DNA from: Bugula neritina
Taxonomy: Eukaryota; Animalia; Bryozoa
Assembly (NCBI GenBank): GCA_964035545.1
Contig: OZ037768.1
Span: 12,409,675 to 12,473,674 of the forward strand
Reading direction: 5' to 3'
Length of the DNA: 64,000 nucleotides
Of the stretch, positions 1 to 13,549 are shown in pieces; the stretch's first letter is position 1; each line of letters starts with the position of its first letter. The notes under the pieces are model-generated. The model was given only the letters and a program-made list of their open reading frames with translations. It made no database searches and was not told the origin of the DNA. The translations under genes were made by a program, and so were the position numbers.

Positions 1-875
1 GAATTTAGATAAAGATGAACCACGATTACAGTAGTTTTTTTTTACCTACTATTTTGCTTTGGGCAAAGTGATACAGCCAATTTAGTAAAGATCTAGGCAT
101 AAAGTTAAGATATCAGCTGATGGTGTGTTTGATATTTTGAAGTGGTATTCAAATCCAATAGAGTTCCTTCAATCAGATTGTAAAACAAATATATCTGAGT
201 TTATACATGACAGTATTGTCACTTTTAGTATGTTGCCGAGCTAGTGAATCTGAAATAGAGGTTGACAGTGAGGAACTATCTAATGATTACAGTGATATCA
301 GTAGTAGTCAAATACATACACCCTCTTCTCTAGACAATGAAGACCCATCTTCGGTAAGCACACACTAAACTTAAAGGGTTAGGAGTAACTGTAGAACTAC
401 ACTGCAATTACTTTCACTTTCACATTTAGTTTTAAATTGAGAAGACTTGAAGTTCCTGGTGGACTATTTTAGAAATGGTGCTTTACTTTTTTGTTTCATC
501 ACTACTTTAAGAAACCTGTATAGCTATACAAATAGTGTTTGTTTATTATGTAACAATAAGAGTTAAAGTAGTGAGTAGTGTAGATAGTGTACTGCTTCTG
601 CTGCAGCAAAAATTTGATGTGAATGCTGAGGTTAGGGGTTTGGGGAAATAAACATGTGATCACTTCATTCCCAAAGCATTCAAAACTATTTGTTTCCATG
701 ACTAAGGTAACAATTTAGTGTATTCAGCGCGTCCACCTGAGAACAACCGTTGGCTGCGTATGTTGATTAGGACTGGTAAAAGCCAGTCTACTCAGATTTA
801 CTTTCAATTGTTGCAGAATTTACTCCTAAATTATTTTGAGTTACATGTAGACACAGTGCATACTGGTGCTTGTAG

Positions 876-1076
876 AATGGAATGACACCTCTCCATGTCA
901 GCATTGAAAACAATCAACAGGCAGTAACTAGGATGTTACTGAAAAAAGGCGCAAAGCCTGAACTCAAAAATGATGATGGACATACAGCTCTGCACCTAGC
1001 TGCTCAGCATGGTCAAGCTGCAATAGTTTTACTTCTGCTGGAGAAATATGGTGTCTCCCCTGACAGCAGGGCTAAG
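876..1076 (+). CDS. Ankyrin-repeat exon (2 repeats)
   Basis: tgtag|aat...aag|gtgag; 201 bp, phase 0; GMTPLH and GHTALHLAAQHG motifs. Confidence 0.9.
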
Positions 1077-1384
1077 GTGAGAGTTATTCTGCTAAACTTG
1101 AGATAGCTCAGCAAAATTATGAACATTTTGGAGTCTGTTTGATCAATGTATGTTAGCTTCATTTTTTATGATTGAAAATTACCTACATTGTAAATGGCCA
1201 TGTTAATGTTCTGCTTACTGTTGAACTACATAACCTATAAAAAGAATTGTTATATTTTCTCGAATCTAGAAACTCTCATCATAATGTTAGTAAGAGTGCT
1301 GACATCTTGTTAATTATATTCTTTATTCTAATCTCTGATGATTCATAAAGTCTACTGAACGGTTACTAGTAATTGTGTTTACAG

Positions 1385-1582
1385 AATTGCTACACGCCTC
1401 TACATTATGCTGTGAAAAAAGGAGACATCGATACCGTCTGTGCTCTGATTGAATATGGCGCAAGAGTAAGCGCAGAGTCGAAAGATGGGCTCACCCCCCT
1501 ACATGTTGGGGCTAGGGATGGACTCAGTGATATTGTATCGATGCTGTTGGAAAATGGTGCTAGTCCCAACTGCTATACCAAA
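1385..1582 (+). CDS. Ankyrin-repeat exon (2 repeats)
   Basis: acag|aat...aaa|gtaagt; 198 bp = 66 codons, the classical two-repeat ankyrin exon; YTPLH and GLTPLH motifs. Confidence 0.9.
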
Positions 1583-3374
1583 GTAAGTCTACATTTTCCG
1601 AACAGCTAGCGATGTTACAGTTACTTTTTATGATCAACTGCCAGTGCGGCAGCATACTATCTCAACATTTGCTGTTTCAAGTTTCTTTATTCAAACTTCC
1701 ATTACTTTTTTATTCAACAAATATCTATTTTATAAGTGATTAATAGTTGATTAGTTTTTATTTATAAATTATTTAAATCAAGGTCCTGAATCTGCGTCAA
1801 AGAGGAAGTTAACTTTTATTTTAAATCAGCTCGTAAGTAGAGAAACTACAAATATAAAAAAAGATAACTCCAAGTTACTAAAATAATGTGACAACACAAA
1901 CTGTGCCCTTAATGTTACAACTGCAACTGTTATACCAACTGATTATTATCATGAACTATGACCCTTATCATGGAGTGGAAAACATAAAATTGAAAGCTTT
2001 TCTTATTAAATATTATTTGAGTATTGAATATTGAATATTTGATTTAGTTCTTACTGCTATGGTATATTTTAGGACGGATTAACCCCAATGCACCTGTGCA
2101 GGCAAAAAAACCATACTCTCACAGCAGAGATTCTGTTGAAGTATGGTGCTAGTCTCCCCACAACTTCTAAAGCTGAGAGACATAGTAGTCAGGTGAATAT
2201 GGTAAAATCTCTGTCAAAACATGAAGCAGAAGTAGACATTGCCCTTAGATCATCTGTTAATAAATCATCTACAGTTTGATATTAGAATCATAACATTGTA
2301 GTATTCAATATTGCAACTTATATTGGACGTTAAACATATTTAATTGTGTGTTAATTTTGTGTTCACATTGACTTAGTCTGACATTTAAATTTGTGTCAGC
2401 AAAACATTGCTACAGCATCTTCCGGGCCATTAGTCAATGAGTTGATCAAACCATTTCTAAACTTTGTCTCACAAGCTGATTGCACATGTGAGGAAATTAG
2501 TAGTCAATCTGGCTCTGTCTAGCGTTTATCTGGATCACAGTCTATTTCTAAGTCACGAGCTGAACGTGCATCATTTTACTCGTTTTGATATAAGCGTTTT
2601 CCCAATGCATGTCAGTTCTGTTTTTGGTCAATTATTGATTTATTGAGTCAGCTAAATAGTAAATATAACGTCAATAAAATTTACAGATGCTGGCTGAGAT
2701 TAAATAGAGCTTTAAAATATTTGGAGTAACTTACTAGAAATTGGTCATGTTTCGCTAAGCATTGAGATATACAAGTCGTTAATTTTGTGTGAATCAGTGT
2801 AATTGCCAAATGAATGATAAACTTTCAATTATTCTGTTTATTTAAGACCTTTTATAGTTACTGGCTTTTTAGTTAGGCACTCTTCACTTGATAAATTGGT
2901 CACAGCATTATGAATATTGAATTAGTATATTTGGAGTGTATTATATCAGTATTATATATATTATAAACCCCTATTGAAGTGTCTATCTATGAAAATGTAC
3001 ATTTAGTGTCATTGTACAATAGCAATGCAATAATTTCTTTGTAGGTGTATGGTATGCAGAGCGTTGAGACAAAACCTCGAACAGCAAAAATCAGGCGGGC
3101 TTTACGTAGCATCGCCTCTGCTGGTAAGGATCTGATTATTAACTTACCAATTACTTTGTTTCATACTGGCAATTATTTGCAGAATTAAATTGTTAAGAAT
3201 TTTTCGAATCGAATATTACTAATTTATGGTTTTGCATAATGGTAAAACCCATAGCTAATTTTACTTTATTGTTAAAGGCCTAGTGAGTTCCAAGCAATAA
3301 TTTAGCCATCAATTTATGTAAATATATATCAGTTTTTTATGAACACGCAGCGACTCACACGCAAGCACATACAA

Positions 3375-3751
<377 letters not shown>

Positions 3752-4358
3752 CATACTAGTAGTTTATTCTAATCATTTTAGGCTTCAAATGCAAGAGTGT
3801 ATTTACTCTAAAAAAGAGAAAAACTGGTAAGAGGGCCCACAGCACACTTCATTCTCAGGAGGATTTACACTCTGACAATTCAATGAAAAGTAAAAACCCT
3901 GGAGTCACTAAGTACGTTTAGTATATAATGTACCCAACTATATGTGAACCAAGTTGATCTATTTTTTCTATATATCACATAGACAAGAAATGCTATGGGC
4001 ATGTTTCTCATTCTTTGGCTGTAAGTAGTTCAAAATCGGTTTATGAAAGACATTTTGTAAATTTGTTATATAAAATCAGTTTTTTTTTCTTTATTTGTAG
4101 GGAGAAGCTCAAATTGAAAAGGTAATGGTAACTAACTTGGAAGAATTGTTGCAGTTGAAACTGTTGCTAAACATTACTCAGCTCTATTGGGTTTGTTTTA
4201 ATAATTACAGTGGAAGCTTTTCTATATATATAAGAAAACTGCTACTGCAATAACAAGACACACCCACACACACAAACACGCACACACGGAACACATAAAT
4301 TAACTACCAGCTACTTCATTATTAACTGCGTTGACATTGTATATGCATCTCACTTTAG

Positions 4359-5178
4359 ATTCCGTATCAGTTTCCTGGTGGACGCCAGAGGAGGAGTCTT
4401 CCAGGGATGCCGAGAGAAAGTGCATTTTACCATCCCACCTGGTGTGGCAACCGGACCAATGAGAATTGTGTGCCGTCTCCTTGAGAAAGGAGTGATGCCC
4501 TCTTTTAATAACGATGAAACACTCACATCCCCCATTCTCTCTCTAGAACCTGCTTGTGCGACCTTTATTGGGTAATTTTTATTCACACCCTTGTCATTGA
4601 GTTTAGTGGGAAAAACTGAAAATCTTTATGTTATTTTTATTATCTTTTTCATGTTTCCATTAAACCTTATTACATCTTTATTCAGCACTTGTGTTTTTTC
4701 TTTTCAGCCCTGTCATAATAGATGTTGCTGCTGGTCAAGATGAACAGGAAACCATTGTCATCGCAAGTGATGATGGTGCAACATGGCAGGAACATAAGCA
4801 GACAGTGAATGACAGCCTTTGTGGTATGTAGTATTAAATAGTAAATTTTTTAAGAACTTCTTTGATATCTTTTGAAGCTGATAGTAACATGCAATATGAT
4901 CAGAAATGTGAAACTAGCTTATGCTTACACTTTAAATACTAGCATCATTGATATATCGTCCCTCTTTATATAAAAATATTAGGATTGTAAACTTGTATCA
5001 AAGCATAGCAAGAAAACTTTAATACATAACTAATCTGATATATGTTATGTGCTCTTTAGACGTTGAGACTTTGGACAGAATAGTAGAAAAGAATATGACG
5101 AGAATTGTTACAGCGAGGCTGCGCCGATATTTTGCTTTCGTCTCAAAAGCGAAAAGGGAAAATACTTCTGACTTCTGA
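4359..5178 (+). CDS. Ankyrin ZU5A domain exons (4359-4571, 4708-4823, 5060-5178)
   Basis: FLVDARGG..IPPG..PMRIVCRL..SPILSLEP..FIG|PVII..SDDGxTWQEH..RIVT..YFAFVS follows the ankyrin spectrin-binding ZU5 consensus (FMVDARGG..IPP..PTRITCRL..PVIVEIPH..SENG..WKEH..RIIT..YFAVVS). Confidence 0.88.
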
Positions 5179-6645
5179 AGTTTTAAAAGTATTATGTGAA
5201 GATTATATAGAAAACTATATAAAAGACATTATTATCATTAACTCATTAACTGCTATATATAAATATTTATTATGTTGCATTGAAAAAGAATAAGTTCTTA
5301 GCTCTCAAACTACTTTTGTGATTTAAAATGAAGTGTGCTTCATTCAATGCTTTGGGCCTCGATACGTTGTCTAGTCATCAAGTTGTTATTTTGATTCTTA
5401 TTCTCCAACATAAAGGGGAACTTCAAAACATATTTGACTACGAATTTGGCATCAAACAAACTAAAATCTTTGGTTTTAATACTAATTTCAATTGTTTTAC
5501 TAATGTTTACTTCTAAATACTTGTTGAGTGTATACTGCTTGCTCTGACATTTTACCTATATTCACCTATATTTGTCTATTTAAAGCACTTTTGTGTAATT
5601 ATATACATTTTCTTGCGTAATCACACATAATCACATAGTATAATATAGAGCAGCAATAGTGTGTAATAGTCTGTGCAATATATCTGAGGGTAAAATTATT
5701 TTCCTCATTCAATACACACCTATAAAGTTTACACCAAAACATACTTTGTTGTTGATTAATGTTTCCACATAAATCCCTGGTGCATGTAATGTTGATAAGC
5801 ATAGTCAACCACACTGATTATACATTTTACCACAAGTTAGTGAGGGATGAAAACGAATATTATAAAAACTTGCCAACTAGCCACAACGGTCATAGGGGTA
5901 CAAAAGCCGTCCAAATTGTGAGAGAACTCATTGACTTAGAGTTGTGATTTTTTTCATAAAAAGGTATTGACATAATTATTCAGCCATTGTAGTTTCAACA
6001 CTTGCGGAACATACATGTAGAAAAGGCGAGTGAAAAACTGTTTTTACCTACTTTTTGCAATTTTTTTTTAGATGTAGTTAAAGCTTTATAACTGTTTACA
6101 CTCAAAGGCAACAAGCCTAGATTTTACTGATATTGTTGCCATGTCTTGTCTCTACATCGCTTAACAAGTATAACAGCAAACTTTAAAATAAATTTTCTTT
6201 GAGGCACATTTATTTTCCATTTGGCCACATGAGGCACAATTGCACCCTGATCACTGTTATTAGTTTGTTTGCCCACAAAGTTCGTTGAAATGTTACTAAA
6301 GTCTATAGATATAGCCATTTTTAACCGTTTTGTAAAATATCAAAGACATCATGGTAAGACTGCAAAACTACAAGGTGAAGCTCCCGTAATATATACATCT
6401 GGTGAGGTTAGAGATTTGCCATTTTATGCATAATACAAAACACTCTGCTGTTGCTACTAGTAGATAATCATGATATTCACTATATATTATATCATTGAAG
6501 GAATATACATGTATTTCACTAAAATAAATTGTGGTTTGCTCATTTGCTCCGCCCTCTCCATTCCGTACTCCAGTCACTTAAACCGAAGCCATGCGCCTTA
6601 GCTACAGTTCATAGAAAAAAGTCCATTGGAATTTTGTAGTATATG

Positions 6646-6974
6646 TGTAGTGGCGAGCGAAGCGTACTAATCATACACGAACACCATAACCAATCGTGTT
6701 GAAGCACGTGACTACCCTCTGCGGAGCAGGACGCTTCCAGACAGTTTTATATAGCTAGTTAGTTCAGAGTAGTACACGAATAGAGATAGTAGGTTAAGTA
6801 GACTTGTGAGAGTATTGTGGATGTTAAATGTATTCTTTATGTTTCTTGTATGTATATAATTAAATATAGTCTTTTATCACGTATCTTCTGTGAAGTTCTT
6901 GGAACCTTCATCTAAAGAGAACACAGTTGCACACAGGATCCACCCTAAATATTATAATTGGCAAAATTACAACA
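6646..6974 (+). mobile_element. Probable solo LTR
   Basis: TGTAG...ACAACA ends, about 330 bp, internal TATA-like and poly(A)-like motifs. TSD is degenerate (tatg/cata here, tatg/tatt in the duplicate). Confidence 0.5.
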
Positions 6975-7944
6975 CATAATACTAAAGTTTTTTTTTGATG
7001 AAGTTTCCTCTGAAGTGAAAATAAAAAACATTTTCAGTTTATAAACAGTAATGATAATGGCGTACTGTACAACCGATTGATGTGCGTTTGATTTAGCCTT
7101 CCTCTGCTATCAGTGATGGCACAAACTGTACAGCTAAAACATGAATTTTGCTGTAGATCTGAAAGAATATTTTTATTTATTTGTAATTATAAATAAATAT
7201 AGATCAGATGGAACAAATTTGCAAAGTTGCAATATATTTGTTGTTCCCCACCCAGTGGCCAATTGTACCCTGGTACCGGGGCACAATCGTCATGAAAATT
7301 TCATTATTCTGAAAGTTGTGAGAGAGATAGAAACAACAAACTGATACCTGTAATAGACAACAGATGCAGCATTAGGACTACAGATTATTGAACTAGTAAC
7401 TTGAAAAACAGATGAATGAGAGGAAAAATTCCAAAATTCTACCCTTTGTGCCCCCCTCCCCCAGTCACCCTTATATAATAAAATATTATGTTGGTGAATA
7501 ACGTTATGGCCAGCGGAAGTATAACATCCTGTATCCCCTGCTAAACATGACGCGATAGTTTATGCCCGGGAACAGCAACTCCAAGTCATGCCTACCCCAC
7601 TCATAGTCATGTCGTCTTTACATAGAACGACCCGCCAACTAATATGGATAACAAACAAATAGAGTATAGGTCGACCAATCAGAGTCGAGCTCTTGTATAT
7701 AACCAACACCTTCCTGCGCCCACGAGGGAAAGTACTACATGGGGCACAAATGAATGCCATAATACAGTTTGACCATAATACATGCAGTTGCTTGACACTG
7801 ACACATGAGCGTGGCTCCAAGTAAGCATAGGAACAAGGGGGGGGGGGCATAGCACAACATGCCTGGAGACTAAGCATTGCAACAATCTCTCCCAGTGACA
7901 TTCTGCACTGTTTATTACAATTTCTTATGCTCATTTCGTTATAT

Positions 7945-8407
<463 letters not shown>

Positions 8408-9049
8408 GAGTGGCTGCCCAAGTATAAAGGACAAACCCTGAGCTAGCCCACGCTGTTATTCAGCAGCTTCTTTTAATACTGTGCTCTTTTCTTTACTTGA
8501 TGTGACTTTTTCATAATGTAGTTTTTCTTACTTGTATTATTCTTGCTACCTGTCACAAATATTGCAGCATACCCTGATAGCTGACACACACGCACACAGG
8601 CACATAACCCTACGTGATTAGATCATCTTAATAACCCACACGTAGTTAGTTACCCTCATAAATTTGCAACAATACATCATGTACTAGTTTCTAGCTCCGA
8701 TCACTGCTTGTATTTAGTGGCTCACAATTTACTCACTGTCAACAAAGCTTATTTTAAAGAAAATTCAAGTGGGTTTGAAAATAGTTGCTAATATAAACAT
8801 TTTGACCAGTAACTGCTTGCACTGTGCAGGGACTTAAAGATTCAAATACTTGATTTTAATTCCAGTTTAATGACTTTACTTTGAAATACTTTGAAAACAA
8901 ATCTATTCTAACATTTAAAATATTATTATGGAAAAACAGCAAATTTGCATCAATTTTTTACAAAACTGAGATGTTTGCTACTGAGTCCTATTATATTATA
9001 TTGATCGAAGCTAGAAAAATAGTAGATTCAAACAATTTCTAAATTGGAT

Positions 9050-9220
9050 CTAGAATACCATTGTTGTATGACATCATCTTTATTTGTGTACATTCTTACA
9101 GAAAGCATTATTGTCATGAAGCTATGTTGAGTGTTGATACACGTATACTGCAAGGATTATATTAGGATTATTCAGAGACTTTTGGACTTCAATCATCAGT
9201 TAGGGTAAGGTTTGCATGAA
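9050..9220 (+). repeat. Diverged paralog of the region upstream of the ankyrin gene (20440-20645; also 29130-29300)
   Basis: ataccattgttgtatgacatca...ggattattcag...gggtaag is shared by all three sites and has an exon-like AG...GT structure. Confidence 0.7.
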
Positions 9221-9739
9221 ATAAATACTCAATAAATTAGAAGTAATTATAGAACGAGTTTTAGTAATTGGAAAATTTGGAACATTCACTGAAGAAAACG
9301 AAACAGCAAATGCAAGTAGCTGTTTTCCAACCTCAATGTGAATGTGAATATAAGTTCAACAAAGTAGATTTACATGTAACGAGAGATGTTTGGGAGTAGC
9401 AAACCTCATCTGGAAGAATATAGTCATTAGAGAGCTGAGTGTTACGAATCTCAGTCTTATACAAACTACCGGCTTGACCATCACCAGCCAGTTGGATGGA
9501 ATGTTTTGGATTAATACTAAAGAGAAACTGGTCTTCATATAATAAGTGATAGTACTATATCCATACTGAGATAACAAATAGTGTCTATAATGTAATACAA
9601 TAACTGCAAGTACTCAAATAGCTCAACATTATTGCAAGAAACATGATCTATGCTTCAAATTTGTGGGAGCATGGAATCTGGCCATGCAATTTTGGAAAAC
9701 TTACCAATTTTCTATCTATCTTCATGCTAAAAAAACTTA

Positions 9740-10531
9740 AGATTTCCTTCTGCTTCATATTTTGGAAGAAAATTGATCATATTAAGTTGACCACTATGTC
9801 TGTCAGCTGAAGAACAAACCCGTTCTGGCAGTTGAGGAAAGACTAGCACCATACTTTAACAGGATCTCTGCTATGAGAACATGGTTTTTCTGTACGCACA
9901 TGTGCATTGGGGTTAATCCGTCCTAAAATGTACCATGATGACTTTATAACAGATAATGTAAGGGCTAAATCTCCTTCTGCTTCATGTTTTGAAAGAAAGT
10001 CGACCATATTAAGTTGACCACTATGTCTGTCAGCTGAAGAAAAATCGGTTCTGGCAGTTGAGGATAGACTAGCACCATACTTCAACAGGATCTCTGCTAT
10101 GAGAACATGGTTTTTCTGCATGCACAGGTGCATTGAGGTTAATCCATCCTAAAATGTACTATAGCAGTGGTATATTAACCAAACTTCTGCTTCAATTTTT
10201 AACAAAGGTTTTACAATAATTATTTACCTGACCACTATGTCTGTCAGCTGAAGAACAACAGGCTCTGGAAGTTGAGGAAAGACTAGCACCATACTTTAAC
10301 AGGATCTCTTCTACAAAGATGTGATCTTTTTCCATACTTAGATGCATTGGTGTTACTCCATTCTAATGGAGGGCCTGAAAAGTCAAATACTAAACTTATA
10401 CTTAGTAATTCCAAGATTTTTGTTTCTATATAAATTGTCAAAGTTGACATTCTTCTGACAATCAGCTGTGCTGTAAACAGCCGGAATGGTCTTTTTCTTT
10501 TTCAGTGTGAAAACACTCTTGTACTTCAAGC
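9740..10531 (-). pseudogene. Inverted cluster of paralogous ankyrin-gene exons
   Basis: Minus strand. A 130-bp exon 10531-10402 (GLKYKSVFTLKKKK..LGIT) is paralogous to the 130-bp exon 3782-3911. It is followed by three tandem copies of the 2073-type exon starting at 10362, 10148 and 9922 (NGVTPMHL / DGLTSMHL / DGLTPMHM..ILLKYGASL), each with its own AG acceptor. Confidence 0.8.
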
Positions 10532-11639
10532 CTAAATGAATATAATATACTCTTTAACTTATATTACATTGAAAACACAACATTATTTTCCATTAGGCTG
10601 ATTGCTAGAACCATTAATCTGACTTAAACTTTTGATAAATTGACAAATTTTGCATGTCTTTACGTTTGCATTGTCCAAGTTCAACTTCACTTACTTTTGG
10701 GTTCGCTTTGATATGGGAAACACATTTGACTTTGTAGAAATATTTGCATTTTAATGTTGTAAAGCAATTTACTCAGCAGCAATTTAGCAAACAACGATAA
10801 TTTTATTCCTGTTTTTAAGATACAATAGCTAACCTTAGCTATTCCAAGATGATGTTAATTGTCTATTGAAATTACTTGCTGTAAAGTTATATACATCTGG
10901 TTATCTATAATTTATTTATACAGCAGCATAGCGTTTCTTTTCCGCTTTACAATATTTATGGATGAACTGTTTTTTGTCGTTCAATAAAATGTACACCAAA
11001 TCAACCTTTCCTGCTCATTGACATTTCTACATAAATGACTTTTGTATGTATTGTTGATGGGTACAGTGAACCACACTAATTATATTCAATACCAAACACC
11101 AGTCATGGATAAGCATGATTATAGAAAATTCTAAAACAGCTATTATAGTGACAAAAATGTCTGAAATTGAAAATGTCAGTCTAATTTCTCAAACAAAATC
11201 AATAATTGAAAACAAATAGTTTGTGCTTTCAAAACTGATAAAAAATCAATCTTTCAGTTTGTGTAGCAGAGTTAATATAATTATCAAAAGATATCTGCTT
11301 GACAAATCTTGATTTGATAAATTATTTATGATTCTCTAAGTGTGATGGCACCACTCAGTATTTATGCACATAGGTAAAGGTGACGTATTTTTAGGAGTTA
11401 TTATTCCAAGGAATATAATTATAAAGTTGTTGTGTTAAACATATAATGACAATCTATTTAATTACATTATATTCATAACAACGTAATAATAATATTAGCA
11501 TACAGTGTGCTTAAGCACCTGTTGTATTTACATTGGATTTTAAACTTAAAAACCAGAGTAACATTTATTAATAACAATTATCTCAATTAAATGTAGCTGG
11601 AAAATGTCTACTAAAGTTATGCACAACTGATTGTAGCTG

Positions 11640-12180
11640 CCAGCTGCATTGGAAAGATATGATCGTTGTACTTAAGAGTCTCTATTGAAACTTTTTATAG
11701 AGGAGAAATGTAAATCATGTTCATTCTGCTAAAAAACAGAAGTTGAACGAAAAAATGGATCACTGCTACCACCTCCTGTACCAGCATAACTATCTCACAA
11801 AATAGATGTTGATTAGTTTTCTTTGAATGTAAAAAATCTTGTGTTATTAGTATAATTATGTAGTATTATTGTAATATGCTTTATTGAGCATTAAACATGT
11901 CAGAAGAGAAAGAGTGAGTGACAATACGTGTCTAAAATATTGGCTTTTTTCCTATAAAGCCTGTATATATGAAGATACAGGAGTAGAAAATTTGCCTAAA
12001 ATTTAATAGCTGGTTGTTTAATGACTCAACAGTGATACAAGGAGTTGCATTATTGTGGATTTGTTGACAGAGGTGTTTAGCGGCTATAGAAAGCCTGAGG
12101 TGATATTATCTGATAATCGAGTACATTCTACTCATATAGTATTTCTAAGAGACATCTCTCAGTTGAATTAAATTAATACA
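11640..12180 (+). pseudogene. Highly decayed LTR-retrotransposon integrase fragment
   Basis: Fragments IEEKCKSCSFC, LLPPPVPA..HKIDVD and IVDLLTEVFSGYRKPEVILSDNRVH resemble the CxxC, first-D and FxxxGxPExIxSDNG motifs of Gypsy integrase; many stops. Confidence 0.5.
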
Positions 12181-12462
12181 AGGTGAAATCCTATGATCTA
12201 AATTTGGTAAGCAAAAGGTTGGGTGAAATAAAAAGCAAAGTTAATGTAAGTGCAAATCCTTTAGTTCTTAAAAACAGTAACTCAAAGAAAAATCACTGAC
12301 AGATAAATGACACTCAGGTAGGAATGCTGGTGCTGCTAATTTTACACCAAACAATCAATACATGAGAGCAGTCCATCCAGTAAGGCTTAAGAATTGATTG
12401 TCATACCTGACCCCTGCTGAGGTCGTAACTTGATTGAGCATGTATGGCATAAGGCTTGCACT

Positions 12463-12606
12463 GGTGTTTGGCAAAAATGGAACAGGTAAAAATGGCACAG
12501 GCAATGACGACAAAGGTAATCGTTTGAATTTGAGAATAGGGTTTTGGGTTTGATTTTTGAGGTTAGAGGTTTAAGGTTTCAGGTTGGAAGTCTAGGGTTT
12601 AAAGTT
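12463..12606 (+). repeat. Repeat fragment with degenerate TTAGGG-like units
   Basis: ggcaaaaatggaacaggtaaaaatggcacagg followed by taggg/ttgggt/ggttagagg/taaggttt/tagggttt units. Confidence 0.4.
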
Positions 12607-13127
12607 TCATCACTGTTTATGTCTGTGAGTATTCCAATGTTTTGTAATTGTTATTGTAATTGTTTGTGGATAAACAGATATTGAGATAAGGAAGTTTGGA
12701 CTAGTTTCGAGTGGTAGGTAATCTTTAATCAGTTTTAAACCATAAGCCAAAGGATGTACTACTATATTAGCATAAGCAATGCTTAGACACAAAAGATTAT
12801 ATAACGGAGTACATGTAGAGAAAACTTAAATCCATCAATATTGTGCCTGAGGAGTGCAGAAGAGGCATGAAACTATTAGTAGCACAATAAATCAACATCT
12901 AATTAAACTTGCTCTTTTCTCAATTATATATACATATTTTTTGTATTGATACTATTTCCGATATAATAAACTTATAATATATTCATTATATCGACTATAA
13001 ATTTGTTTCACGTAATGCCTACGCTTATCAGGTCGTTGTGGTGTATGGTTGAGTGATTTTGTTTAGAAATTTACATTGTTTGTGTATTTCTACGCTGGGA
13101 TGTCTTAACTAGCGTCTGTTAAATGCG

Positions 13128-13545
13128 CAAACAAAAACTTACTTTTATGTTTGCGCATGCTGGAAAGCCCTTTTGCGTTTGCTAAGGGAGGATAACTCCG
13201 ACTGTTTCAAAATTACATATTTCTCATAGCGATGATTGGCTGGAGTCATTGCCATGTCTTGCCACAGTTGCTTGGTATATCAAGTCTTTGTATAAGCATT
13301 TACATACAGAAAAAGCCAGCATAACTCAGCAGACACATCTGGAATTTAAAAAAACAACACAAAATTCAGCCTGAAATAGAATATTTCAAAAATTTGGTAA
13401 TCGTACTCGAATTTATCCGATAGATGTAACTTATGTAGCTACAAGAAATAATTTATGTAATTCTAAAGCAACCGGAGTAATCCTCCCTCAGCAAACGCAA
13501 AAAGCATTCCAGCACGTGCAAACATAAACGTAAATTTTTGCTTTC
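13128..13545. repeat. Imperfect inverted repeat of about 100 bp (MITE/foldback-like)
   Basis: 13128-13232 (tttatgtttgcgcatgctggaaagcccttttgcgtttgctaagggaggataactccg) is the reverse complement of 13436-13545 (cggagtaatcctccctcagcaaacgcaaaaagcattccagcacgtgcaaacataaa). Confidence 0.75.
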
Positions 13546-13549
13546 AAGT

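Noticed and set aside
2464-2646. ORF conserved in both duplicates (also 5599-5814, 6124-6318, 6368-6577 and their counterparts)
   Set aside because: Conservation simply reflects the recent duplication; these are intronic or intergenic and lack motifs.
9740-10370. Regular repeats of about 215-225 bp as a CRISPR-like or satellite array
   Set aside because: The units are duplicated ankyrin exons with splice acceptors; there is no repeat-spacer structure and the context is eukaryotic.
12536-12606. Interstitial telomere
   Set aside because: Units are too degenerate and few; more likely part of a dispersed repeat.
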